NCBI GenBank assembly: GCA_902798615.1
Contig: CADBXL010000029.1
Coordinates: forward strand, 3,722-67,721
From: an uncultured Bacteroidales bacterium
GTDB lineage: Bacteria > Bacteroidota > Bacteroidia > Bacteroidales > Bacteroidaceae
Length of the DNA stretch: 64,000 nucleotides
Reading direction: 5' to 3'
Shown: positions 51,237 to 60,023 of the stretch, piece after piece
Layout: every line of letters begins with the position of its first letter
How positions within the stretch are numbered: position 1 is the first letter of the stretch
Notes under the pieces: generated by a model
What the model saw: only the letters and a program-made list of their open reading frames with translations
Told to the model about the DNA's origin: nothing
Databases searched by the model: none
Translations under genes and position numbers: made by a program

Positions 51237-52493
51237 TTAGTTGTAGCAAGCCTCACCATGCTCATAGATATCGAGACCTTCTTCCTCAATGATTCTATCG
51301 CAACGGAGACCGTGAGTGTATTTGATACCAAGGAATATAATCATACCTGCTACGAATGCGAATGCTGCAACTGTAACTGCACCGAGAGTCTGAACACCTA
51401 CCGTACATTCTGTACCGTTGATAGAAGAGTCGCAGAACACACCTGTCAGGATTGTGCCGAGGATACCACCTACACCGTGAACAGATACTGCACCAACAGG
51501 ATCGTCGATCTTGCAGACCTTATCAATGAATGCAACTGAGAGACACATTACCACGCTGACTACACCACCGATGATGGCACTTGAACCGATACTTACGCAG
51601 TCGCAACCAGCCGTGATGCCTACGAGACCAGCAAGAACACCGTTACATACCATTGAGAGTGATGGCTTACCATCTACAATCCAAGTATATGCGAGAGCTG
51701 CGAGACCACCTACTGCTGCTGCCATGTTGGTTGTAACGAATACGTGTGACATGCTAACTGCATTGTCAAAACCTGTTGCAGCAACCGTAGAACACGGGTT
51801 GAAGCCGAACCATCCTACCCAGAGACAGAACACACCAAGAGCACAGAGTGCGAGGTTGTGACCTGGAATAGCGCGAGACTTACCGTTTTTGTCATACTTG
51901 CCGATACGTGGACCGAGAACGATAGCACCTGCAAGGGCGAGAACACCACCGCAAAGGTGAACTACTGTTGAGCCTGCGAAATCGTGGAAGCCCATCTCAG
52001 AGAGCCAGCCGCCGCCCCATGACCAGTGTCCCTCGATAGGGTAAACGATGGCAGAGATAAGCATTGAGTATATGAAGTACATGGAGAACTTTGTACGCTC
52101 AGCCATAGCACCAGAAACGATTGTTGCTGCTGTAGCACAGAACACCGTCTGGAAGATGAAAGTACATTCTGCAGGTACGTTAGAGTCAGAACCAATAGCA
52201 AAGAAACCATCCCAGCCGATGAATGAGTTTCCGCTTCCGTACATTATAGAGAAACCAAGAATCCAGAACAGAACAGATCCGCACATAAAATCGCAGAAAT
52301 TCTTCATCAGGATGTTGGCTGTATTCTTTGATCGTGTCATGCCTGCCTCAACGAGAGCGAAACCAGGCTGCATCCAGAACACGAGCATTGCGCCAAGTAA
52401 TACCCAGAGGGTGTCAAGACCGTTTACATAGTCTTTAGCTTCCTCCGCAACTGCGGCGAGAGGCATTATTGTGGAAAGTGTTGTTGTTATCAT
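51237..52493 (-). CDS. amt: Ammonium transporter
   Basis: MQPGFALVEAG, DFAGSTVVH, LWVGWFGFN and DDPVGAVSVHG. Confidence 0.96.
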   Translation of the reverse strand: MITTTLSTIMPLAAVAEEAKDYVNGLDTLWVLLGAMLVFWMQPGFALVEAGMTRSKNTANILMKNFCDFMCGSVLFWILGFSIMYGSGNSFIGWDGFFAIGSDSNVPAECTFIFQTVFCATAATIVSGAMAERTKFSMYFIYSMLISAIVYPIEGHWSWGGGWLSEMGFHDFAGSTVVHLCGGVLALAGAIVLGPRIGKYDKNGKSRAIPGHNLALCALGVFCLWVGWFGFNPCSTVAATGFDNAVSMSHVFVTTNMAAAVGGLAALAYTWIVDGKPSLSMVCNGVLAGLVGITAGCDCVSIGSSAIIGGVVSVVMCLSVAFIDKVCKIDDPVGAVSVHGVGGILGTILTGVFCDSSINGTECTVGVQTLGAVTVAAFAFVAGMIIFLGIKYTHGLRCDRIIEEEGLDIYEHGEACYN

Positions 52494-52599
52494 ATCGTTT
52501 CCCGTCCATTTTACTCTTGACGGGTTAAGAGCTCTAAATTGATTGTGTTGTGTTTGTCTGTGTGTGTTTGCGTTGTTGGGAGTTTTTACTCCTTACTCT

Positions 52600-52947
52600 T
52601 TATTTCTTGTCTGCGAGTACCGTGTCTCCGCTATCTCCTGTGCGGATAGAGTAACAATCAATTACATCGCTAAGGAAGATACGACCGTCACCAACCTTGC
52701 CTGTGTGTGCTACTGTCATTATTACCTTAATAGTAGGCTCAACGAACTGCTCTCGGCAGACGATTGTGATCTTCACGCGCTCAATCACATCAGTAGAGTA
52801 CTGTACACCTCTGTAAATGCGCTCCTGACGACTCTGGCCAATTCCGTGTACATCGTGGTACTCAAACCAGTCAATGTCTGAATTAAGGAGAGCCTCCTTG
52901 ACATCCTCGAACTTTGTCTTACGGATGATTGCTTCAATCTTCTTCAT
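52600..52947 (-). CDS. glnK: P-II nitrogen regulatory protein (GlnK-type by linkage to amt)
   Basis: MKKIEAIIR, GIGQ..ERIYRG and TGKVGDGRIF. Confidence 0.9.
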   Translation of the reverse strand: MKKIEAIIRKTKFEDVKEALLNSDIDWFEYHDVHGIGQSRQERIYRGVQYSTDVIERVKITIVCREQFVEPTIKVIMTVAHTGKVGDGRIFLSDVIDCYSIRTGDSGDTVLADKK

Positions 52948-53071
52948 ACCTTAAACTAATTAAAATGTGAATATTTGTGTCACTTTGTAACTTTCTGAGT
53001 GCAAAATTACTACTTTTTGTTAATATTTCAAAGGTTTCACTATCATATTGAATAATAAAAAATGGTTGGTG

Positions 53072-53148
53072 TTACTAATTGTAAAAACATCTTTTGGAAT
53101 ATATTACAAATTGAAAGCATTATACCTTAAAAATATTACAAATTGTAA
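53072..53148. promoter_or_regulatory. Three phased palindromes TTACAAATTGTAA between divergent promoters
   Basis: Copies start at 53072, 53104 and 53136. TAATTTTG boxes lie on both sides (about 53001-53008 minus, 53210-53217 plus). Confidence 0.6.
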
Positions 53149-53245
53149 GTTACGGGAAATTTTTATGCAGTAATGTCACTATTTGTGCTTGTTTTCCGAC
53201 AAAAAGTAGTAATTTTGCACTCAGAAACAAACAAATAGCAATCGA

Positions 53246-54139
53246 ATGGAGAAATCGACTATACAATTTACCAAAATGCATGGCGCGGGTAATGATTATA
53301 TATATGTTAATACATTAATATATAATATAAAGGATCCAGCCAAGGCATCAATCGAATGGAGCAAGCCTCATTTCGGAATTGGTAGTGACGGGTTGATTCT
53401 CATAGGAGAGGCTACAGAGCCAGACGCAGACTTCTCGATGCGGATATTCAACAACGACGGCTCGGAAGCAATGATGTGCGGAAATGGAACGCGATGTGTT
53501 GCAAAGTTCCTTCACGACAAAGGGTTGACCGACAAGAATCCTATCCGCCTTCAGACTCTCTCAGGCATCAAGGTTCTCAACCTCCATCTCAATGCCGATG
53601 ACAAAGTAGAAACAGTCACGGTAGATATGGGAGAGCCTATTCTCAAGCAACCGGCACAGTTCGGGGTTCACGGAGGAAAAGCAACAAACTGGGAACTAAC
53701 AGCCGATGGTCATCAGTTCATCGGAACATTCGTTTCAATGGGAAATCCACATTTCGTGATCTTCCTCGATGACAAATATGAATTGGATGCAAATCCGGAT
53801 AGTGACAAGGAACTCTTTCCTCTCGATCACTTTGGTCCAATCCTTGAACATCACGATGTCTTTCCTCAGCGATGCAACATAGAGTTCGCGCAGATACTTC
53901 CTGACGGCACAATCCGAATGCGAGTATGGGAAAGAGGAAGCGGAATAACGCTTGCCTGTGGCACAGGAGCTTGTGCAACGGCAGTAGCTGCAAAGCTCAC
54001 AGGTCGTCGATCAAACGAAAGCAACATCCAAATGGATGGCGGAACCCTTAACATCAAATGGGATGAAACCACCAATCATATCCTTATGACAGGCCCAGCG
54101 GCTATCTCATTCGAAGGAGAGATTGCTCTCCCGGAATAA
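53246..54139 (+). CDS. dapF: Diaminopimelate epimerase
   Basis: [19 protein letters not shown] and [14 protein letters not shown]. Confidence 0.96.
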   Translation: MEKSTIQFTKMHGAGNDYIYVNTLIYNIKDPAKASIEWSKPHFGIGSDGLILIGEATEPDADFSMRIFNNDGSEAMMCGNGTRCVAKFLHDKGLTDKNPIRLQTLSGIKVLNLHLNADDKVETVTVDMGEPILKQPAQFGVHGGKATNWELTADGHQFIGTFVSMGNPHFVIFLDDKYELDANPDSDKELFPLDHFGPILEHHDVFPQRCNIEFAQILPDGTIRMRVWERGSGITLACGTGACATAVAAKLTGRRSNESNIQMDGGTLNIKWDETTNHILMTGPAAISFEGEIALPE

Positions 54140-54249
54140 AGGATAAAGATTAAAGGGTAAAGTTGAAAGAAGAAAAAAGCAAACTTACAACCACGAGGTT
54201 ATGAAAAACCATCCTTGGTTTTTCTCTACTTCAAAAAGAATATAAGAAC

Positions 54250-55482
54250 ATGGCATTAATAAACGAACACTATCTCAAGCTCTCGAACAACTACCTGTTC
54301 GCTGATATTGCGAAGAAGGTGAACGCCTACAAGGCCACACATCCAAAGGCAAGAGTGATAAGCCTCGGTATCGGAGACGTAACTCGTCCACTCGTACCAG
54401 CAGTAATAGAGGCTATGCACAAGGCTGTTGACGAGATGGCGGTAAAGGCAACATTCCGTGGATATGGCCCGGAAAGAGGATATGAATTCCTCCGTGAGGC
54501 AATCATCAAAAATGACTTCCTTCCACGTGGCATACACCTCGATCCTAATGAGATTTTTATCAACGATGGTGCAAAAAGCGATACTGGTAATATCGGAGAC
54601 ATAGTTCGTTGGGATAACTCCATAGGCATGACTGACCCTATCTATCCTGTTTATATCGACTCTAACGTGATGTGCGGACGAGCAGGAGTATTCGAGAACG
54701 GATCATGGAGCAACGTAAACTATATGCCATGCACGGCAGAGAACGGATTCACGCCACAGATTCCTGATCATCGCGTAGATATGATTTATCTCTGCTATCC
54801 AAACAACCCTACGGGCACAGTACTTCCAAAGGAAGAGCTTCGCAAATGGGTTAACTACGCGCTCCATAATGATACTCTCATCCTCTTCGATGCAGCCTAC
54901 GAGGCTTACATCCAGGATGATGACATCCCACACTCAATATATGAGATCAAGGGAGCACGTAAGGTGGCAATCGAATTCCACTCCTACTCAAAGACGGCAG
55001 GATTTACTGGTGTGAGATGTGGATACACAGTCATTCCAAAGGAACTCTCAGCGGCCACTCTCGACGGTACACGAATAGAGCTTAATCACCTCTGGGATCG
55101 TCGTCAGTCAACAAAGTTCAATGGCACCAGCTATATCTCTCAGCGAGCAGCAGAGGCTATCTACACTCCAGAGGGTAAGCAGCAAGTAAAAGAGGTCATT
55201 GGCTACTATATGACCAATGCGGCAATAATGCATCGCGCACTCACCAATATGGGACTTGAGGTCTTCGGCGGAAGAAACGCACCATATCTTTGGGTAAAGA
55301 CGCCTAATGGCATGGAGTCATGGAAGTTCTTTGAGCAACTTCTCTACGGAGCAAGCATCGTCTGTACTCCAGGTGTAGGCTTCGGACCATCAGGCGAGGG
55401 ATATGTCCGCCTAACGGCATTCGGTAATCGTGAGGATTGCGAAGAGGCTATGCGCCGCATGGCTGAGTGGATGGCTAAGTAA
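54250..55482 (+). CDS. dapL: LL-diaminopimelate aminotransferase
   Basis: LGIGDVT, DGAKSD, CYPNNPTG, SYSKTAGFTGVRCG and PGVGFGPSGEGY. Confidence 0.94.
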   Translation: MALINEHYLKLSNNYLFADIAKKVNAYKATHPKARVISLGIGDVTRPLVPAVIEAMHKAVDEMAVKATFRGYGPERGYEFLREAIIKNDFLPRGIHLDPNEIFINDGAKSDTGNIGDIVRWDNSIGMTDPIYPVYIDSNVMCGRAGVFENGSWSNVNYMPCTAENGFTPQIPDHRVDMIYLCYPNNPTGTVLPKEELRKWVNYALHNDTLILFDAAYEAYIQDDDIPHSIYEIKGARKVAIEFHSYSKTAGFTGVRCGYTVIPKELSAATLDGTRIELNHLWDRRQSTKFNGTSYISQRAAEAIYTPEGKQQVKEVIGYYMTNAAIMHRALTNMGLEVFGGRNAPYLWVKTPNGMESWKFFEQLLYGASIVCTPGVGFGPSGEGYVRLTAFGNREDCEEAMRRMAEWMAK

Positions 55483-55585
55483 TCTTGACAATTCAACAAC
55501 ATACACACACATAAACAACAACGGTTCCCGTCGGGCAACCGGCGGGAACATAATACAAACACAAACAAAAGAAAGGAAAAAGATT

Positions 55586-56299
55586 ATGAGAACATTCAAG
55601 GTATTGGCTTTGACACTCGTTGGAGTGCTGAGCGCAAGCGTAGCAAACGCACAGGATGAAGTAGAGGTTAGTGTAGGGGCTGATGTAGTAACCAATTATC
55701 TCTGGCGTGGTCAAAAGCTCGGAGAAGGAAGCATACAGCCAACTCTTGGTATTAGCTATAATGGTCTTAGCGTAGGTGCATGGGGCAGCTATGGCATCAC
55801 AAATCCTGATGATACCAAGGAGTTCGACCTTACTGTTGCCTATACCACAGGTGGATTCAACATCGGAATAACCGACTACTTCTTTACCAACCAGTACGAT
55901 GAAGTTAAGTACTTCAAATATGATGCCCACGAAACAGCCCATGTATTTGAGTTCAACGTAGGTTATGACTTCGGACCTCTCTCAGTTCAGTGGTTCACAA
56001 ACTTCGCTGGAGCTGATGGGTATAACAAGGACGGAGAGCGTGCATACTCTTCATATGTGGAGCTTGCAGCACCATTCAAGCTTGGAGGTCTCGACTGGAG
56101 CGCATCATTAGGCGTAGTGCCATTCGCAACAAGTTTCTATTCTGATGCAGATGGTTTTGCGGTAACCAACCTTTCCGTAAAGACAACCAAGGACATAAAG
56201 GTAACTGATTCCTTCAGCATCCCGGTATTCGGTCAGATCACAGCCAACCCAAGCAATGGCAAGGCATACTTCGCACTTGGATTCACACTCCAGCCATAG
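55586..56299 (+). CDS. Outer-membrane beta-barrel (TorF-like) of the nitrogen cluster
   Basis: Signal peptide from MRTFKV, VVTNYLWRG..L....QP motif and alternating beta-strands. Confidence 0.7.
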   Translation: MRTFKVLALTLVGVLSASVANAQDEVEVSVGADVVTNYLWRGQKLGEGSIQPTLGISYNGLSVGAWGSYGITNPDDTKEFDLTVAYTTGGFNIGITDYFFTNQYDEVKYFKYDAHETAHVFEFNVGYDFGPLSVQWFTNFAGADGYNKDGERAYSSYVELAAPFKLGGLDWSASLGVVPFATSFYSDADGFAVTNLSVKTTKDIKVTDSFSIPVFGQITANPSNGKAYFALGFTLQP

Positions 56300-56303
56300 G
56301 AGA

Positions 56304-56428
56304 AAGTGAAAAGAGAATAGTGAAGAGTGAATAATTTGAGTTTGTTTTATAACTTAAAAGCATTCAGGAACCCTTTCTTATGAAATGTAACTTAAATTCT
56401 TCACTGTTCACTCTTAACTCTTCACTCT
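56304..56428. repeat. Heptamer-armed inverted-repeat element
   Basis: Reverse-complement relative of 36137-36266. Confidence 0.75.
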
Positions 56429-56585
56429 CAAAATTTGGTAAACTCATAAAAAATCACTAATTTTGCACCCGCAAACTTAGACCAAAAGTTATTTAGGAAA
56501 AAAATCAACAAATTTTATAACTTTGCCCCTCAAAGTCTCTCCCGTTTGGGAGAGGTGGCAAGAGGCTCAATAAAAGATTAAGACA

Positions 56586-58772
56586 ATGGCAAATTTAAGA
56601 TTTCAGGTAGTCGCTGAGGCTTTCAAGAAGAAGCCAATCGAAATCCCAGCACCGGCAGAGCGTCCATCAGAGTTCTTCGGCAAGTACGTATTCAACAAGC
56701 AGAAGATGTTCAAGTATCTTCCTAAGAAGGTTTACGACAAGATGCTTGATGTCATCGACAACGGCGCACCACTTGACCGTGCAACTGCCGACAAGGTAGC
56801 TGAAGGCATGAAGAAGTGGGCTATGGAGCTTGGCGTAACACATTGTACTCACTGGTTCCAGCCTCTTACCGACACCACTGCCGAGAAGCACGATGCATTC
56901 GTTGAGCACGACTGGAAGGGTGGCATGATTGAGGAGTTCGAGGGTAAGTCTCTCGTACAGCAGGAGCCTGACGCTTCTTCTTTCCCATCAGGCGGTATCC
57001 GTTCTACTTTCGAGGCTCGTGGCTATTCTGCCTGGGATCCTACATCACCAGTATTCGTCATCGGCGATACTCTGATGATTCCTACTGTCTTCATCTCATA
57101 CACAGGTGAGGCTCTTGACTACAAGACACCTCTTCTCAAGGCTCTCCATGCTGTTGACAAGGCTGCAACCGACGTTGTTAAGTACTTCAACCCAGATGTT
57201 AAGAAGGTACAGTCAAACCTCGGTTGGGAGCAGGAGTACTTCCTCGTTGACGAGGGCCTTTATTCTGCACGTCCTGACCTTCTCCTTACTGGCCGTACCC
57301 TCATGGGACACTCTTCTGCTAAGGATCAGCAGATGGACGACCACTACTTCGGCTCTATTCCAGAGCGTGTAAGTGCTTTCATGCGCGACCTTGAGATTCA
57401 GGCTCTCGAGCTTGGTATTCCTTGTAAGACACGCCACAATGAGGTGGCTCCTAACCAGTTCGAGCTTGCTCCTATCTTCGAGGAGACAAACCTCGCTGTT
57501 GACCACAACATGCTCATCATGTCACTCATGAAGAAGGTGGCTCGTCATCACGGTTTCCGCTGCCTCCTCCACGAAAAGCCATTCGACGGCGTTAACGGTT
57601 CTGGTAAGCACAACAACTGGTCACTCTCTACCGATACAGGCATTCTCCTCCACGCTCCTGCAAAGGATGAGGTTGGCAACCTCCGCTTCGTTACATTCAT
57701 CGTTGAGACTCTCATGGGTGTATATAAGCACAATGGTCTGCTCAAGGCTTCTATCATGTCAGCTACCAACGCTCACCGTCTTGGCGCTAACGAGGCACCT
57801 CCAGCAATCGTTTCTTCATTCCTTGGCAAGCAGCTCACAGAGGTCCTTGATCATCTTGAGAACTCAAAGGATGATACAATCGCTATTTCTGGTAAGGCAG
57901 GTCTCAAGCTCGACATCCCTTCAATCCCAGAGCTTCTCATTGACAACACCGACCGTAACCGCACATCTCCATTCGCATTCACAGGTAACCGTTTCGAGTT
58001 CCGTGCAGTAGGTTCTGAGGCTAACTGTGCATCTGCCATGATTGCCCTCAACTCTGCTGTTGCTGAGGCTCTCGTAAACTTCAAGAAGCGTGTTGATGCT
58101 CTTGTAGCAGGTGGTAAGGATCTCCATGCAGCTATCATTGCTATTCTCCGTGAGGATATCAAGACATGTAAGGCAATCCGCTTCGACGGCAACGGCTATT
58201 CTGATGAGTGGGTAGTAGAGGCTACAAAGCGCGGTCTTGACGTAGAGAAGTCTTGTCCGCTGATCTTCGACCGTTACCTCGACAAGGAGTCAATCGAGAT
58301 GTTTGAGTCTCTTAACGTGATGAACGCCAAGGAACTTGAGGCTCGTAACGAGATTAAGTGGGAGACCTACACAAAGAAGATTCAGATTGAGGCACGTATC
58401 TTCGGCGACCTCTCTATCAACCATATCATCCCACAGGTTGTAGCTTACCAGACAAAGCTCGCTCAGAACGTGGCAGCCCTCAAGGCTATCCTCAGCGACG
58501 ACGAGTTCAAGGTACTTGCAGCAAGCAACCTCGCTCTTATCTCTGAGATCTCAGAGCGTGTTAAGGCAATCGAAGAAGGTTGCGAGGCACTCACAGAGTC
58601 ACGTCGCGTAGCCAACAAGATTGAGTCTGAGCGTGAGAAGGCAATCGCTTACCACGACACTGTTGAGCCACTTATGGATCAGATCCGTTACCACATCGAC
58701 AAGCTCGAGGCTAAGGTTGATGATGAGGTTTGGACACTTCCTAAGTATCGCGAGATGCTCTTCATCCGCTAA
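56586..58772 (+). CDS. glnA: Glutamine synthetase type III
   Basis: HWFQPLT, EPDASSFP, HNEVAPNQFE, HEKPFDGVNGSGKH and DRNRTSPFAFTGNRFEFR. Confidence 0.96.
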   Translation: MANLRFQVVAEAFKKKPIEIPAPAERPSEFFGKYVFNKQKMFKYLPKKVYDKMLDVIDNGAPLDRATADKVAEGMKKWAMELGVTHCTHWFQPLTDTTAEKHDAFVEHDWKGGMIEEFEGKSLVQQEPDASSFPSGGIRSTFEARGYSAWDPTSPVFVIGDTLMIPTVFISYTGEALDYKTPLLKALHAVDKAATDVVKYFNPDVKKVQSNLGWEQEYFLVDEGLYSARPDLLLTGRTLMGHSSAKDQQMDDHYFGSIPERVSAFMRDLEIQALELGIPCKTRHNEVAPNQFELAPIFEETNLAVDHNMLIMSLMKKVARHHGFRCLLHEKPFDGVNGSGKHNNWSLSTDTGILLHAPAKDEVGNLRFVTFIVETLMGVYKHNGLLKASIMSATNAHRLGANEAPPAIVSSFLGKQLTEVLDHLENSKDDTIAISGKAGLKLDIPSIPELLIDNTDRNRTSPFAFTGNRFEFRAVGSEANCASAMIALNSAVAEALVNFKKRVDALVAGGKDLHAAIIAILREDIKTCKAIRFDGNGYSDEWVVEATKRGLDVEKSCPLIFDRYLDKESIEMFESLNVMNAKELEARNEIKWETYTKKIQIEARIFGDLSINHIIPQVVAYQTKLAQNVAALKAILSDDEFKVLAASNLALISEISERVKAIEEGCEALTESRRVANKIESEREKAIAYHDTVEPLMDQIRYHIDKLEAKVDDEVWTLPKYREMLFIR

Positions 58773-58782
58773 TAGGATTAAG

Positions 58783-58950
58783 ACCCCTACCCCCGGCCCT
58801 TCCCCCGTGATGGGGAAGGGAGGAGAGCCGAAAGGTTTGCGAAAGGTCATTCTGCGCCAGCCTCTTGCCCCTTACGGGGAATGTCGAAGAGATCGACGGC
58901 TCGAAGAGGAAAGTCAAAGGGTGTCCGTAAGACAGGAAGGGGTCTCTTCA
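58783..58950. repeat. REP cluster after glnA
   Basis: GACCCCTACCCCCGGCCCTTCCCCCGTGATGGGGAAGGG and a CCCCTTACGGGG...GGAAGGGGTC inverted partner. Confidence 0.7.
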
Positions 58951-59195
58951 CTAAAAGATACAATAAACAATCTATTTCTTTTATTGGTTGTTTAAGTTTG
59001 CTGAGCCGTACAGCCGTGAGGTTGTATGGCTCTTTTATGTTGTCATGACATTGAAAATCATAAAATTCAGATAAATCCGTTTCCCTTTTCTTTTGACCAC
59101 GGAAGACACGAAAAACACAGATATGCTCGCTGGCGCTCGTTTTGCTTTCCACATTAATGTCCGTTAATGTCACATTAATTCCTCATTAATTTTCC

Positions 59196-59367
59196 GTAAC
59201 TACTCAGCCCCCACTCGTAGGGTGTTATTTCTTTTACGCGAATTTCCGTAAATTAACCGCAAATTATCCGAAAATTATTGTTGTTTACATATGAATAAAA
59301 GAATTTACGATTAAATTCACGGATAATTCATCGCCGAAGGCAAAAAATAGGGGTGCTGAGTAGTTAC
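59196..59367. mobile_element. MITE-like element with GTAACTACTCAGC / GCTGAGTAGTTAC inverted ends, copy 1
   Basis: 13-bp perfect inverted ends. Near-identical direct copy at 63233-63379. Confidence 0.75.
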
Positions 59368-59436
59368 ATTTTTTCACGCATGGATAGTTCAGAAAAATCT
59401 TTGCGTCTTTGCGTTTTGTAACCAACCCACATAAAA

Positions 59437-59471
59437 ATAACCTGCGTTCCCAAAATGGGAATGCAGGTTAT
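59437..59471 (-). terminator. Terminator after the micropeptide genes
   Basis: ATAACCTGCGTTCCCA / TGGGAATGCAGGTTAT followed by TTTT on the minus strand. Confidence 0.8.
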
Positions 59472-59492
59472 GGTATTAATGATATTGCGTGA

Positions 59493-59657
59493 TTATATCA
59501 CATCATCCTCATCGATAGTATCATCATCTCCCGGGTATATCGGGATATGAGAACTGTTATGCTGATCGTAAGGATCATTATTACTGCCAACGAGCAGAGG
59601 GATGCTATTCATCTGCCTTTCTACGCTAATGCCCGGCTTTGTATATTCTCTTTTCAT
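59493..59657 (-). CDS. 54-aa acidic micropeptide (absent from the ORF track)
   Basis: Hand translation: MKREYTKPGISVERQMNSIPLLVGSNNDPYDQHNSSHIPIYPGDDDTIDEDDVI. Homologous to the adjacent ORF. Confidence 0.75.
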   Translation of the reverse strand: MKREYTKPGISVERQMNSIPLLVGSNNDPYDQHNSSHIPIYPGDDDTIDEDDVI

Positions 59658-59714
59658 CAACTTCACAAGTATGTGTGCAAAATTATTTTTATTATGATTG
59701 TATTGATTATTTAA

Positions 59715-59882
59715 TTATATCACATCACCATCATCGACAATCTCATCATCATCATCATCGAATGTGCCGAATGGCTTATCGCTCAGCTGATAGATATTTG
59801 GTTTTGCGCTACTTTGTAGGAGATGATATTTATGTTTTAAATTTGCCAAGCGCATCGTTGGCTCAATATATTCCTTTTTCAT
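59715..59882 (-). CDS. 55-aa acidic micropeptide (58 aa if starting at 59891; absent from the ORF track)
   Basis: Hand translation: MKKEYIEPTMRLANLKHKYHLLQSSAKPNIYQLSDKPFGTFDDDDDEIVDDGDVI. Confidence 0.75.
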   Translation of the reverse strand: MKKEYIEPTMRLANLKHKYHLLQSSAKPNIYQLSDKPFGTFDDDDDEIVDDGDVI

Positions 59883-60023
59883 TTTCTTCATGTTTAAAGA
59901 GTGAATAGTGAATAACGAATAGTGAATAATACTTAATACTGCTATCGCCGAATGGAAACACTTCGAAATCTCATACTGGTGTCCACCAGTATTAAGTATT
60001 ATTCGTTATTCTCTATTCACTTT

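Noticed and set aside
58852-58863. TGCGCCAGCCT resembling the two-hairpin leader
   Set aside because: Only about 11 nt match, with no 3' stem arm or promoter box.
59493-59891. RiPP (lasso-peptide) biosynthetic cluster
   Set aside because: The YxxP-like leader is present, but there is no cyclase, peptidase, RRE protein or transporter nearby. asnB at 49 kb is a full housekeeping enzyme with a glutaminase domain.
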